Below are positions 49,773 to 58,700 of a DNA stretch of 64,000 nucleotides, piece by piece. The notes under the pieces are model-generated. The model made no database searches. It had not been told where the DNA came from and worked only from the letters and a program-made list of their open reading frames with translations. Numbering within the stretch: the first letter of the stretch is position 1; each line of letters opens with the position of its first letter. Origin of the DNA: Deinococcota bacterium (GTDB lineage Bacteria > Deinococcota > Deinococci > Deinococcales > Thermaceae). The translations under genes and the position numbers were made by a program. The stretch lies in the NCBI GenBank assembly GCA_041695225.1, contig JBGFRI010000003.1:1-64000 (forward strand). The letters run 5' to 3'.

Positions 49773-50414
49773 TCACTCGCTTTGCAGCCCAGCTGGGCTG
49801 CTGACTCTGACTCCGGTTGAAGAAAGCGCCTCACTTAGCTTCTTCCGATAGTTTCTCAGTCCATACAGCCGCGAGGAAAAGCAGTGTAGGATGGTCATCA
49901 GGTCCTGTACCAGCTCCTGCTCCGGCGAGAGGCGTTCCTGGTTAAGCACCAGCACCTCGCAGCCATGTGTCCGGGCATGATGCTCGAACCACTCGAAACC
50001 AAAGCGGGTCAGACGGTCACGATGGGCCAGGATCAGCATCCTGACCTCCCGCCGACCGATCTCATCCATCAGGGCCAGGAACCGCTTGCGCTTGAAGTTG
50101 AGCCCGCCGCCCACCTCCTCGATAAACTCCACGTTAGCCAGACCTCTGGCGGTCACAAACTCCTCCAGCACTCTGCGCTGATTTACCAGGTCTGGCCTCT
50201 GGGCTGCGCTGGAGACCCGGCAGTAAGCCACCAGTCGGGTTGGGGCCACCCCACCCGTCTGCCTCAGACCCTGGAACTCTCGCAGCTGGCTCTCGGTGTA
50301 GAGTCTGCGATTGGTACGCGAGCGGGCCACCGGAATCAGCCTCCCTTCCCGCTCCCAGCGCTGCATAGTCTTGACGGTGACGCCTAGTATTTTCGCGGCT
50401 GTGCTGATGGTCAA
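49773..50414 (-). CDS. tnpA: IS607 transposase (MerR-like HTH + serine recombinase)
   Basis: AAKILGVTVKTMQRWE, AYCRVSS, DRLTRFGF, FSSRLYG.R. Confidence 0.95.
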   Translation of the reverse strand: MTISTAAKILGVTVKTMQRWEREGRLIPVARSRTNRRLYTESQLREFQGLRQTGGVAPTRLVAYCRVSSAAQRPDLVNQRRVLEEFVTARGLANVEFIEEVGGGLNFKRKRFLALMDEIGRREVRMLILAHRDRLTRFGFEWFEHHARTHGCEVLVLNQERLSPEQELVQDLMTILHCFSSRLYGLRNYRKKLSEALSSTGVRVSSPAGLQSE

Positions 50415-50603
50415 AGTGCTTTCTATGGAGCCTAATATACACTATAGGGTAGGGTATGCGCAACTAGAGTAGACTCCTTCATGTTCACCACTGCCACATC
50501 CAGTACCTGCTGGCTAGAGCTACCCATCTCGTAGTTGTACAGTCCTGCGAAAAACTTGCGCAGATCCGTTGGTTTGGGGCCGTATGTCCATCCCATATAC
50601 TGT

Positions 50604-50643
50604 CCTCCTATCGGAAACCAGTATACTACTTGGCGATAGGAGG
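50604..50643. promoter_or_regulatory. Symmetric divergent promoter on a palindromic AGTATACT
   Basis: CCTCCTATC-ggaaacc-AGTATACT-acttggc-GATAGGAGG gives TATACT-N7-GATAGGAGG on both strands. Confidence 0.75.
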
Positions 50644-50648
50644 TAACA

Positions 50649-51221
50649 ATGGAATACCGGATACAGGTACGCCAGGAACAGGAAAACAGCTCCTGGCGCA
50701 TAACAGCAGCAGGCCGACAGGCCGGCGGCACAGCCACTTTCACCGCTGGAAACCGAGACTGGCGCAAGATCACAGGCAGGGAGCTGGTCTTCCTGAACGG
50801 CGTCGGCCGCTTCTGGCACGAGCGGCAGGGACTCGAGACCAGCTTCTGCCAGGCAGCCGGGGTTCCCTACCTGCCGGTGAATTTTGTCCTAGGCCGGGCA
50901 GTTCAGGACGGGTTCATCGAGGGAGCCAGGCTGGCCTCCAATTACCAGGAGGAAGGATGCTGGTGGTTGCCAGCAGCCGCCGCCTGGCTGATCGTAGCGG
51001 GCGGGCAGGTAACCCTGGATGCTGCACAGGCCTGGAACCACGCCCTGGCCAGGACACAGCTGGATGGTACATTCAGCTTGCTGTACAGCCGGGGGCGTAT
51101 CCTGCCCAGCGGTGAAGGCAAGCGCCTGGTCTACACCGAACCACAAGACCAGGAGCCCAGCACCAGGCGGCTAAAGCGGTTGGAACACAGCTGGGCGGTA
51201 CAACGCCTGGCCAGACTCTAG
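50649..51221 (+). CDS. Hypothetical protein
   Basis: Preceded by the GATAGGAGG module, followed by a hairpin terminator. Confidence 0.7.
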   Translation: MEYRIQVRQEQENSSWRITAAGRQAGGTATFTAGNRDWRKITGRELVFLNGVGRFWHERQGLETSFCQAAGVPYLPVNFVLGRAVQDGFIEGARLASNYQEEGCWWLPAAAAWLIVAGGQVTLDAAQAWNHALARTQLDGTFSLLYSRGRILPSGEGKRLVYTEPQDQEPSTRRLKRLEHSWAVQRLARL

Positions 51222-51303
51222 GCACAAAAAAACAGATAGGGGGCGCAAGTGCGCCCCCTAATATATACCAGCCGACTAGCTAGAAATAATATATACTCAA
51301 CCC

Positions 51304-51792
51304 ATGAAACTGTTCCTTCTTGCCGCTGTTCCACTGGTCTTTCTGCTCGGCTGCACCGCTGCACCCATCACCATCCCCTTGCAGGACTTCCAGTTCAACA
51401 ATCCAACACCGCACAGCGATACCAGCCGGGTGGTCTTTGTCGCGCAGGAGTTTACCCGCCCGCCGGTCCCTCTGGCCTCGGCCAGCCTGGACGGCAACAT
51501 CACCTACCAGCAAGGTGATTTCGCCCTGAGCTTCTACGCCAGTGCCACCGCTCCTTCCTGTCCATCGCCGCAGCCGGGGGTGTACATCTGCTCGAGTGCG
51601 GGTGTGCCCAGCATTGGCCGGGTAGACTTCCTGGCCGGGCCAACCCAGTCCTTCCGGCTCTCCGGCAGCCAGCTTACCAGCGGGATCAACAACGGCAGCC
51701 TCTGGCTGGGAGTGCGCCTCGAGCGCGGTACGGCCCCGGTGGGGACCATCCGTCTGCACAACATGGTAGCCAGGGCGGCGATACTGCCTTAA
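51304..51792 (+). CDS. Putative lipoprotein
   Basis: MKLFLLAAVPLVFLLGC lipobox. Confidence 0.7.
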   Translation: MKLFLLAAVPLVFLLGCTAAPITIPLQDFQFNNPTPHSDTSRVVFVAQEFTRPPVPLASASLDGNITYQQGDFALSFYASATAPSCPSPQPGVYICSSAGVPSIGRVDFLAGPTQSFRLSGSQLTSGINNGSLWLGVRLERGTAPVGTIRLHNMVARAAILP

Positions 51793-51838
51793 CAACAAAA
51801 AAAAGGGGGCGGAAGGCCCCCTTTCTTCTCTCCTGTAC

Positions 51839-53059
51839 CTAGTGCGGGATGTCCACCCGCCGGATCCAGTCAGGGACTGGAAACCCAGCCGAGTCTCCTC
51901 CAATGATCCCGGCCACCACTGGGATGGAGGGGGCCTTCTGGGGCCAGGGGGTGATCCCGTCGGTGAGGACCACAATCAGGTCCACCCTGGGCCGTAGCTT
52001 CAGGGCTGCCTGGATCCCCACCCCCATATCGGTACCACCACCGCCGTAAAGGCGGATCTGGCGGGCCTGGCTGACTCGCTGAGCCTGGGCGGCTGCAGCG
52101 TCGACCGCCAGGACAAACACCTCAGCCTGGACACGCCGGAGCAGGCCACCAACCTCGGCTGCCGCCTGGCCCAGCATCCGGTTGGTCATAGACCCCGAAG
52201 TATCCATGACCACCGCAACCCTGGGCCGCAGGTCGTAGCTGCCGGCCAGCCAGATCCCGGCCGGGGCATACGCTCCGTGCCGGCGATGCACCCGTTCATA
52301 GGTGGAGCGGGTGCGGCCCAGCACCGGACGAACCCCCTGGCGGACCTGGTGCGCCAGCAGCCGCTGCCAGGGCACGGTGGGGTTGTACTCCCCCTCAGCC
52401 CAGCGCAGGATGCCTGCCGGCACAGAGCCCCGGCTCTGCTGGTGCTCCATTACCTGCCGGGCCACCTCCCGGCGGATGATATTGCCGTCCACTTCGCCCA
52501 TTGCGGGGTGGGTGGGGTTATCCACCGGAAGCTCCCAGGCCTTCCTCTCCTCTGGCGAGGCGTGGGTATCCGACATCCCACTCTCCGGCCCGGAACCCGA
52601 GGATCCATCCTGGCCCTGGTAGCCAGCAACACTAATTTGTTGCTCCAACAGGGCCCAGTAGTAGGCCTCCTCTAGCCCCCCCCGCTCCAACCCAAACTGC
52701 TCGGGGTACAACACCCCGGCAGGAAGCTGGAACCCGGCCTCCGCCGCGCCATCATTAATGGCGCAATCGGTGGCCACGTTCCAGACCTTGTAGAGGCTTT
52801 TATCAACCTCCACCCCGAGGGCTTTCCCCCGAGAGAAGTGGCGACGGAGCAGGTGCTCCATCTCATGCCAGAGCACCCCGACGCACTCCTGGGGAGCCAG
52901 CCGGGCGGTGTACTCCGGGTTGGCATAAAGCCGCCAACCCTCGTCCACTGCCATGGTATGCACCTGGTCAGTGACGACCAGGCGCATGGCCCAGGCCGCC
53001 GGCGCGAAGTAGGGGTGCTTTCGCGCCAGGGCCAGGCGAGCTATCCGTATCTGTTCCAT
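51839..53059 (-). CDS. DUF2201-like metallopeptidase + vWA domain protein
   Basis: TMAVD, HEMEHLLRRH, WNVATDCAIND, DTSGSM MIDAS, GGGGTD, VLTDG.TPWP. Confidence 0.9.
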   Translation of the reverse strand: MEQIRIARLALARKHPYFAPAAWAMRLVVTDQVHTMAVDEGWRLYANPEYTARLAPQECVGVLWHEMEHLLRRHFSRGKALGVEVDKSLYKVWNVATDCAINDGAAEAGFQLPAGVLYPEQFGLERGGLEEAYYWALLEQQISVAGYQGQDGSSGSGPESGMSDTHASPEERKAWELPVDNPTHPAMGEVDGNIIRREVARQVMEHQQSRGSVPAGILRWAEGEYNPTVPWQRLLAHQVRQGVRPVLGRTRSTYERVHRRHGAYAPAGIWLAGSYDLRPRVAVVMDTSGSMTNRMLGQAAAEVGGLLRRVQAEVFVLAVDAAAAQAQRVSQARQIRLYGGGGTDMGVGIQAALKLRPRVDLIVVLTDGITPWPQKAPSIPVVAGIIGGDSAGFPVPDWIRRVDIPH

Positions 53060-53242
53060 AACGTCCTCCTATCACGTCCCATTATATAAGTAAAAGCTAT
53101 AAAAAAAACGGGCCCCTTTAGGGGCCCTGACACGGATCATCGGGGGAGAACCCGTATGAACCAGTCTCAATATAACATAGCACGACAGTAGATGCAAGAA
53201 AAACCCCCGCTTTGAAGGCGGGGGGTTTGTGTCTGTTCCTGC

Positions 53243-53986
53243 CTAGATAGGGGGCAGGTCTGGAGTCCTGGTTGCTACTGCAACCAGCTCAGACTCCGGC
53301 TCAGCCGCGGCCTTACCGGGCCGGATCAGTGGCAGGAGCCGGACCACCTCTACCCGAGTGGCGTACCGCTTGGTGCCGTCCTGGGCCTCCCAGGACTCGC
53401 CTACCAGGCGACCCTCCAGGAAGACAGGCTCGCCCTTAGTCAGGCCCATGAGCACCTGGCCCTGGCCGTTCCAGGCGGAAATGTCGAAGAAGTGGGCCTT
53501 CTCGTGCCCCTTTTCGCCATTCCTGCTTGGGACCCACTCAGTAATCGCAATCGCGGTCTTGGCGGGTCCCCGCTCCCCCTGCTCGGGATCGCGGGTCAGG
53601 TTACCGGCCAGCACCACGCGGTTAACCGCGCCTGCCGCCAGCCGGGGATTCCCTCCCTGGTCGTAGTCCAGCTGGTCGCCCTGGGGCGCGAAGACCTCGA
53701 GGGCCTCGGCCTGCACCGAGACCTTTGAGCGCTTACTGCCGTCCGGGGCCTCCCAGGACCGGTAGTCCAGGCGGCCAGAGGCAATAGCCCCCGCCCCCGG
53801 AGCCAGCAGGCCAGCAACGTGCTCAGCCCGCTTGCCCAGGTAGTTCACCTGGTGATACCAGGCGAACCGCCGGTCGCCAACCACATCAACCCCGGCCAGG
53901 GTTAACTCCAACACCGGGGTCAGTTTTGCCGTGGTGCGCAGCTCGTGCCGCACCACGGCGCCAACTAGATTGACTGTATTTAGCAT
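53243..53986 (-). CDS. ssb: Single-stranded DNA-binding protein, two OB folds
   Basis: LNTVNLVG...[15 protein letters not shown] and [15 protein letters not shown]...GRL..ESWE..DG.KR; acidic-Pro tail. Confidence 0.9.
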   Translation of the reverse strand: MLNTVNLVGAVVRHELRTTAKLTPVLELTLAGVDVVGDRRFAWYHQVNYLGKRAEHVAGLLAPGAGAIASGRLDYRSWEAPDGSKRSKVSVQAEALEVFAPQGDQLDYDQGGNPRLAAGAVNRVVLAGNLTRDPEQGERGPAKTAIAITEWVPSRNGEKGHEKAHFFDISAWNGQGQVLMGLTKGEPVFLEGRLVGESWEAQDGTKRYATRVEVVRLLPLIRPGKAAAEPESELVAVATRTPDLPPI

Positions 53987-54084
53987 GGATAGCCTCCTAT
54001 CCGAGATTAGCATATCACAAGCTCTCGACCCAGACTCTCATAATTGGTCCCAAACGCCGGATACATGCGCTAGAATCGCTTTCG

Positions 54085-54546
54085 ATGAAACTGCTGGTCC
54101 TGGTCTTATTACTACTTGCCAGCAGCGCCCTGGCCTGCGGCCTGACCCCGCAGATGTGGCAGAAAACCCGTGTTTACGCCCAGGCCTTCGGCCTCGAGCC
54201 CGAACTCCTGGCAGCAGTAGTCTGGGTAGAAAGCCGTTTCTGTCCCCAGGCAGTCTCGCCCAGAGGCGCACGGGGGCTGGGCCAGCTAATGCCTGCTACT
54301 GCGCGTGGTATGGGAATTCAGAAAGAGTGGTTGCACGATCCCCACTGGAATCTATGGGGCGCCGCCCGTTACCTCCGACAACAGTGGAATACCTTCCGCA
54401 ACTGGGAACTGGCCCCGGCCGCCTATAACGCAGGGGCTGGCGCAGTGCGCCGGTTTGGGGGCATCCCCCCTTTCCCGGAAACTCAGAATTATGTGCGGAA
54501 AGTGCTGGCAGTCTACTGGCATCTAAAACAGCAGAGGCAACGCTAA
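54085..54546 (+). CDS. Lytic transglycosylase (SLT)
   Basis: [34 protein letters not shown]. Confidence 0.93.
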   Translation: MKLLVLVLLLLASSALACGLTPQMWQKTRVYAQAFGLEPELLAAVVWVESRFCPQAVSPRGARGLGQLMPATARGMGIQKEWLHDPHWNLWGAARYLRQQWNTFRNWELAPAAYNAGAGAVRRFGGIPPFPETQNYVRKVLAVYWHLKQQRQR

Positions 54547-54549
54547 CTG

Positions 54550-55080
54550 CTACTGCCCCTGGCAGATTACGCCCTGCTTGACCATCTCAAGCACACCCCG
54601 ACCGACAGCAACTGTCTCAATTCGCTGGGCATAGTCGTCCGGTAGCCCATCCTGCATCAATACCGACTGCCATAAGGTCTGGGTCACAGCCGGGCTCAGG
54701 CCTACCATCCGCCAGCCCTGCACCACCCCATCCTCGCTTCCCGTCACAATCACCTGGAGCAGGGCCCGCGAACTCTCGCTGATCAAGCTCAGCCGTACCG
54801 GCCTGCGCTGCTCTTCAAGCCGACGATGATATGCGGTATACGACCAGGAAAAAGCCTTGCCAAAGCGGTACAGAAAAAACAGTACCCCTTCCTCCTCGTA
54901 AACCCCGAACCAGCAGCGGTCCTGGCAGATAGCCTGAACCTCCCGGGCACTCAGGCCCGGCATATAAACCAGCAGGACAGGGCTCGAGTCCCCCAGGATC
55001 AGGCTGACGCCCTGTGCCGCAAAAACGTGAAGGTCTGGTCTCTGGTGTAGTCGTAGCTGCACAGGATCAATATACCGCAT
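54550..55080 (-). CDS. Hypothetical protein
   Basis: 176-aa ORF with no recognised motif. Confidence 0.55.
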   Translation of the reverse strand: MRYIDPVQLRLHQRPDLHVFAAQGVSLILGDSSPVLLVYMPGLSAREVQAICQDRCWFGVYEEEGVLFFLYRFGKAFSWSYTAYHRRLEEQRRPVRLSLISESSRALLQVIVTGSEDGVVQGWRMVGLSPAVTQTLWQSVLMQDGLPDDYAQRIETVAVGRGVLEMVKQGVICQGQ

Positions 55081-55162
55081 TCTTACAGGATCTGCGCCAG
55101 AAAGCCTCGCGCTTTAGCGCGGGGAGTATGTCATACCCAACCCAAATGACAAAAGTTTTATG

Positions 55163-56545
55163 TGACACTCCCGCCCCCTAAAGGGGACGGGCTTCCTGGT
55201 TCAGCGTCTCCTGCCTGCTCAGTGCAGGGCTTACAAAGACTCCCCAGGCGTTAGGTTCGGCTGTGTCCCAGCCTACCATCTGTAGCCCTCGTTGCAGGAT
55301 GTTTATGGCCGCATTGTGATCGCGGCTCATCTTCCTGCCCGAGGCGGTGACGTGAACCCTGTCACCAAGGGTTTTGTTGCTGAGTATCTCCCCCGACTCG
55401 TGGTCTATCTGGGTCGTGCCCCGAGGATCTACCGCAACTACTACCGTGCCGTAAACCTCCCCGTAGTACATAGCCCAGCGCCGGAAGATGCCCCAGCCTG
55501 CATCGTTGATGCTCTTGGCAAGGTTGCCTCTAACCATATCCTTGATCCTGAGATTCTCCAGGGCTACCAGGTCGTTGGACCTGACTACGCACCGCGCCAG
55601 CTTTATGGCGTGGTCTTTACGCTGCCGCTGTATCCTCAGGTGGAGTCTGGCTAAGCGCTGCCTTGCTTTCTTGTAGTTGCTGCTCTGAGGTTTTCCCTTT
55701 TTCCGTCGTTTGCTAACCTTTCTTTGCACCCGCCTGATCTGTTTCTGAGACCTGCGATAGTACTGAGGATTATCTTCAACCTTACCGTTGGAATCAGTGT
55801 AGAAGTGCAAGAGTCCTACATCCAGGCCGATGGTAGTTCCACTGGGCTCAACCGCTATCCTGCGTTTTACCCGTATGCAGAACTGGGCGTAATATCCATC
55901 AGCCCGTCTGAGGATACGCACTCGTTTAACTTTGTCGAGGTTGTAGTCCTGAAGCGCCTTATATCCCTTGAGTCTAAGAGTCCCGATCCCAAGCCCATCG
56001 GTCAGCGTCAGCCGACTGTAGGAGTCGTCCAGCTTCCAAGCCTGCTTGCTTGTACTCGATGCTGCGATTGTCCTTCTGGAATCTGGGGTAACCGACAGGC
56101 TTAAGTCCCTCCTGGCAACGTTTATAGAACCGGGATATAGCACTCCAGGCCCGTTCCGCCGCAGCCTGCCGGGCCTGGCTGCCCAGATTAGCAACAAAAG
56201 GATACTCGGCGGCCAGGAGTGTACACAGCTTGTTCAGATCATATTTGCCTACCTTGCCGTTCCTGCCGGCATCCATCCAGAGCCTGAGTGCCTTGTTTCT
56301 GACGAACTGGCCTGCCCGAATGCCTTCGTCTATCGCCCTGAACTGCTGTTCAGTGCCGTAGAGTTTGCATTCCAAAACGACCATATTATGATTATATCGT
56401 AACTCTTATACTGGCAATGTCTGAGCAAGAACCTGTCTCAGGTCTGTTCAGAGTAAGCTGGCTATCCTGCTTGCAATGTCCGCTTGCAGCGGACGTGGGA
56501 GAGTCCATGTATCCCGCTCCTGAAGGAGCCGGGTTTTATAGCTCC
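55163..56545 (-). mobile_element. IS1341-type (TnpB-only) element with frameshifted tnpB
   Basis: Right end GAAGCCCGTCCCCTTTAGGGGGCGGGAGTGTCA; left-end-like hairpin ~56512-56535; left boundary approximate. Confidence 0.75.
55178..56384 (-). pseudogene. tnpB: tnpB with a +1 frameshift near 56040
   Basis: N-half ...GYPRFQKDNRSIEYKQAG shifts frame into WKLDD...GLDVG...ENL...RDHNAAINI. Confidence 0.85.
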
Positions 56546-56593
56546 CCCACACTCCCTCGTTTTTATAATATAATGATTGCTGATAGGAGGGAT

Positions 56594-57022
56594 ATGAAAA
56601 AGTCAGCAACCACCCTGCCGCCCCCCCGCTCCCCCGAGGAGCAGGCCGCCAACCGCGAGGCCGCCACCCGGCTGGCCCTGCTATTCCAGCAGCAGCAGCA
56701 GGCCCGCAGCCGCCAGGTGAAGCGCCTGGTAGTCATGCGCCTCGCCCCAGAGGCGGCGCTCCCAGGCATCTGCGTCGGGGCGGACCTTACCTTTTTGGCC
56801 CGCCTCTACCCCGAGGCGGAGATCCTCTGTCTGGACCTGCAGCTAGAGGCGCTCCAGAAACGGTGGCCCCGGGCTGCCGTCAAAAAGGTTGACAATCCGC
56901 CCCCGCCCCGTCCTGGGGACCGCTGGGTCTACTACGACCCCGCCGCCCTCGAGAGCAAGGGAGGCTGGCGGATGGCCCGGCCAACAGAAGTCGGCGGGCG
57001 GCCCGACCAGCAGGAACAGTAG
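56594..57022 (+). CDS. Hypothetical protein
   Basis: Start re-called at MKKSATT after TATAAT-N7-GATAGGAGG. Confidence 0.65.
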   Translation: MKKSATTLPPPRSPEEQAANREAATRLALLFQQQQQARSRQVKRLVVMRLAPEAALPGICVGADLTFLARLYPEAEILCLDLQLEALQKRWPRAAVKKVDNPPPPRPGDRWVYYDPAALESKGGWRMARPTEVGGRPDQQEQ

Positions 57023-57037
57023 CAACGAAGGGGAGGC

Positions 57038-57508
57038 TCAGCCTCCCCTTCCCTCATCCGGCCTGTTCAGTCCAGCCAGTGGGCGCCGGGCGCCGATAAA
57101 GCGGCCCTGATAAACAGCTATTCGCTCAACCACCACCCGCCCATGCCGGTAACTGGCATGTATCATGTAGCCTCCCCACAAAACAATCCCAACATGGTCC
57201 ACAGGCCGGCCAGGAGCGGTAAAAAAAACCAGATCACCCGGCAACAGGTAAGGGGTTCTGACCGGTGCTAGCCTGTGAAACTGCTCTGCAGCAGTACGGG
57301 GAATGCGCCAGCCCAGATGAGCGTACACCCGTTGAACAAAAGCCGAGCAGTCCAGACCCCGCCGGGGATCCGTACCGCCCCACAAATAAGGTACGCCATG
57401 GTAGACGCTAACCAGACTGTGCAGGCGCTGAAGGTCCACCGGAAGCTGGCCGGCAGGCCGGGCCAGCGCCAGGGAAAGCAGAACAGCCAGAAAGAACAGT
57501 AGGCGCAT
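57038..57508 (-). CDS. NlpC/P60 cell-wall peptidase
   Basis: GVPYLWGG, GLDCSAF, PGDLVFF, HVGI, MIHAS. Confidence 0.93.
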   Translation of the reverse strand: MRLLFFLAVLLSLALARPAGQLPVDLQRLHSLVSVYHGVPYLWGGTDPRRGLDCSAFVQRVYAHLGWRIPRTAAEQFHRLAPVRTPYLLPGDLVFFTAPGRPVDHVGIVLWGGYMIHASYRHGRVVVERIAVYQGRFIGARRPLAGLNRPDEGRGG

Positions 57509-57593
57509 AACCTCAGTCTAGAAGCCAGCAACGTCCTGCACTAACTCAGATGAGAAAAGCCGGGCAGTGCCCGGCCATTCCTTTCCTGTGGCT

Positions 57594-57776
57594 CTACCGC
57601 ATGGTCTGCGCAGCCTGCTCAAACCAGCGGAGGAAGTCCTGGAGCCTTCCCTTATCCCAGGCTTCGATAGCCCGGCCCAGATCCTGGGAAGCCTCTACCG
57701 CCTTTTCGTAGAGGTCTTCATAAGGGATTGGGGGTCGGCTCAGAGGTCCATCGGAAGGCAATTCAATGCGCCTCAT
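57594..57776 (-). CDS. Small hypothetical protein
   Basis: ATGA overlap with the ArdC-like stop codon. Confidence 0.5.
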   Translation of the reverse strand: MRRIELPSDGPLSRPPIPYEDLYEKAVEASQDLGRAIEAWDKGRLQDFLRWFEQAAQTMR

Positions 57777-58564
57777 TCGGCCACCTCGCTCTCCCTTTCC
57801 CCAGCAGGCTGCACCTGCTCCAGAATCTGCCGCGCAGTGGCCAGGATGCGCTCGAGGGAACCCTCCAGGCTCCCGGGACTACCCTGCCAGTGCAGGATGT
57901 AGTCCCGACTGCCTTCCATGCCCAGGCCCAGCTCCCGGCCCACGACATAGGCCACTGCCTCCCCTTCCAGTTCCCTCAGCTGTGGAACTGCACCGCTGGG
58001 GGCGGGAAAGTGCATCAGGCAGTGCGCCCACTCGTGGAGCAGGGTGGACGCTTTCTGGGTGGGCTCTCCCGGAGCCAGCTCAATGGTCTGGCCATCAGTC
58101 GACCCCAGCCGTCCGACAGGGCCGGGGACCTCCCGCACCGGGAAAGGGCAGCAGGCCACCAGCCGGTCAAAGACCGAGCTGTCCCCACTGATCGGAGGGG
58201 GAACCGGGAGAGGCTCCCCCTCCGTTTGTGAGACATCGAAGACGTAGCCGCTGCGAAAGCCGACAAGCTTTCGCACCTCCACCCCGTCTTCCTCGACCTT
58301 TTTGAGCAAGGGAACTAAAATTGGAATCCCCCGCTCCCCTTTCCTGACCCGCCGACCCATCTGGTTCCACCGACGCAGGCCAGCTACCTGGCTGGCATCA
58401 GGCCGGTGAATCAAGATGCTGAGGGTGTTGAGGAAGCTATAGCGGTGGAACTTCCCCACCATCTCTAGCCACCTCAGAAAGGCCTGGGTCTGGCCCTTCT
58501 CCATCTCCTGGCCCAGCGTCTCCGCCCAGGCCTGGAGCTTCCGTCGAATCGCTGTTGTTTCCAT
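57773..58564 (-). CDS. ArdC-like ssDNA-binding antirestriction protein with metallopeptidase domain
   Basis: FHRYSFLN, VAG...W...GRRVRKGE.GI.IL.P, VFDVSQTEG, TLLHEWAH, ELEGEAVAY. Confidence 0.85.
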   Translation of the reverse strand: METTAIRRKLQAWAETLGQEMEKGQTQAFLRWLEMVGKFHRYSFLNTLSILIHRPDASQVAGLRRWNQMGRRVRKGERGIPILVPLLKKVEEDGVEVRKLVGFRSGYVFDVSQTEGEPLPVPPPISGDSSVFDRLVACCPFPVREVPGPVGRLGSTDGQTIELAPGEPTQKASTLLHEWAHCLMHFPAPSGAVPQLRELEGEAVAYVVGRELGLGMEGSRDYILHWQGSPGSLEGSLERILATARQILEQVQPAGERESEVAE

Positions 58565-58645
58565 ATTACCTCCTATCAGGGTTTAGTATAGCAGGAGAAA
58601 TTGTGGTAAGGTGGTACAGAGACTGCTCACCAAGCAGCCGCGCAT

Positions 58646-58700
58646 CTTGACAAAAGACTTCCAGGGGGTCAATAGGGCAGATATGCCGTGTTGATCAAGT
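58646..58700 (+). promoter_or_regulatory. CRISPR leader 1
   Basis: CTTGACAAAAGACTTCCAGGGGG...TATGCCGTGTTGATCAAG, homologous to 63694-63748. Confidence 0.8.

Larger units (their letters stand above)
48353..50473 (-). mobile_element. IS607-family insertion sequence
   Basis: Serine-recombinase TnpA + TnpB; AG dinucleotide at both junctions; removal restores the host ORF. Confidence 0.9.
47912..50596 (-). pseudogene. DUF6927-like gene split by an IS607-family element
   Basis: MGWTYG...VVNMKE joins in frame to AYIALEIE...GYKSMDETMLPYYYNCP...ALEWR when 48353-50473 is removed. Confidence 0.8.
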
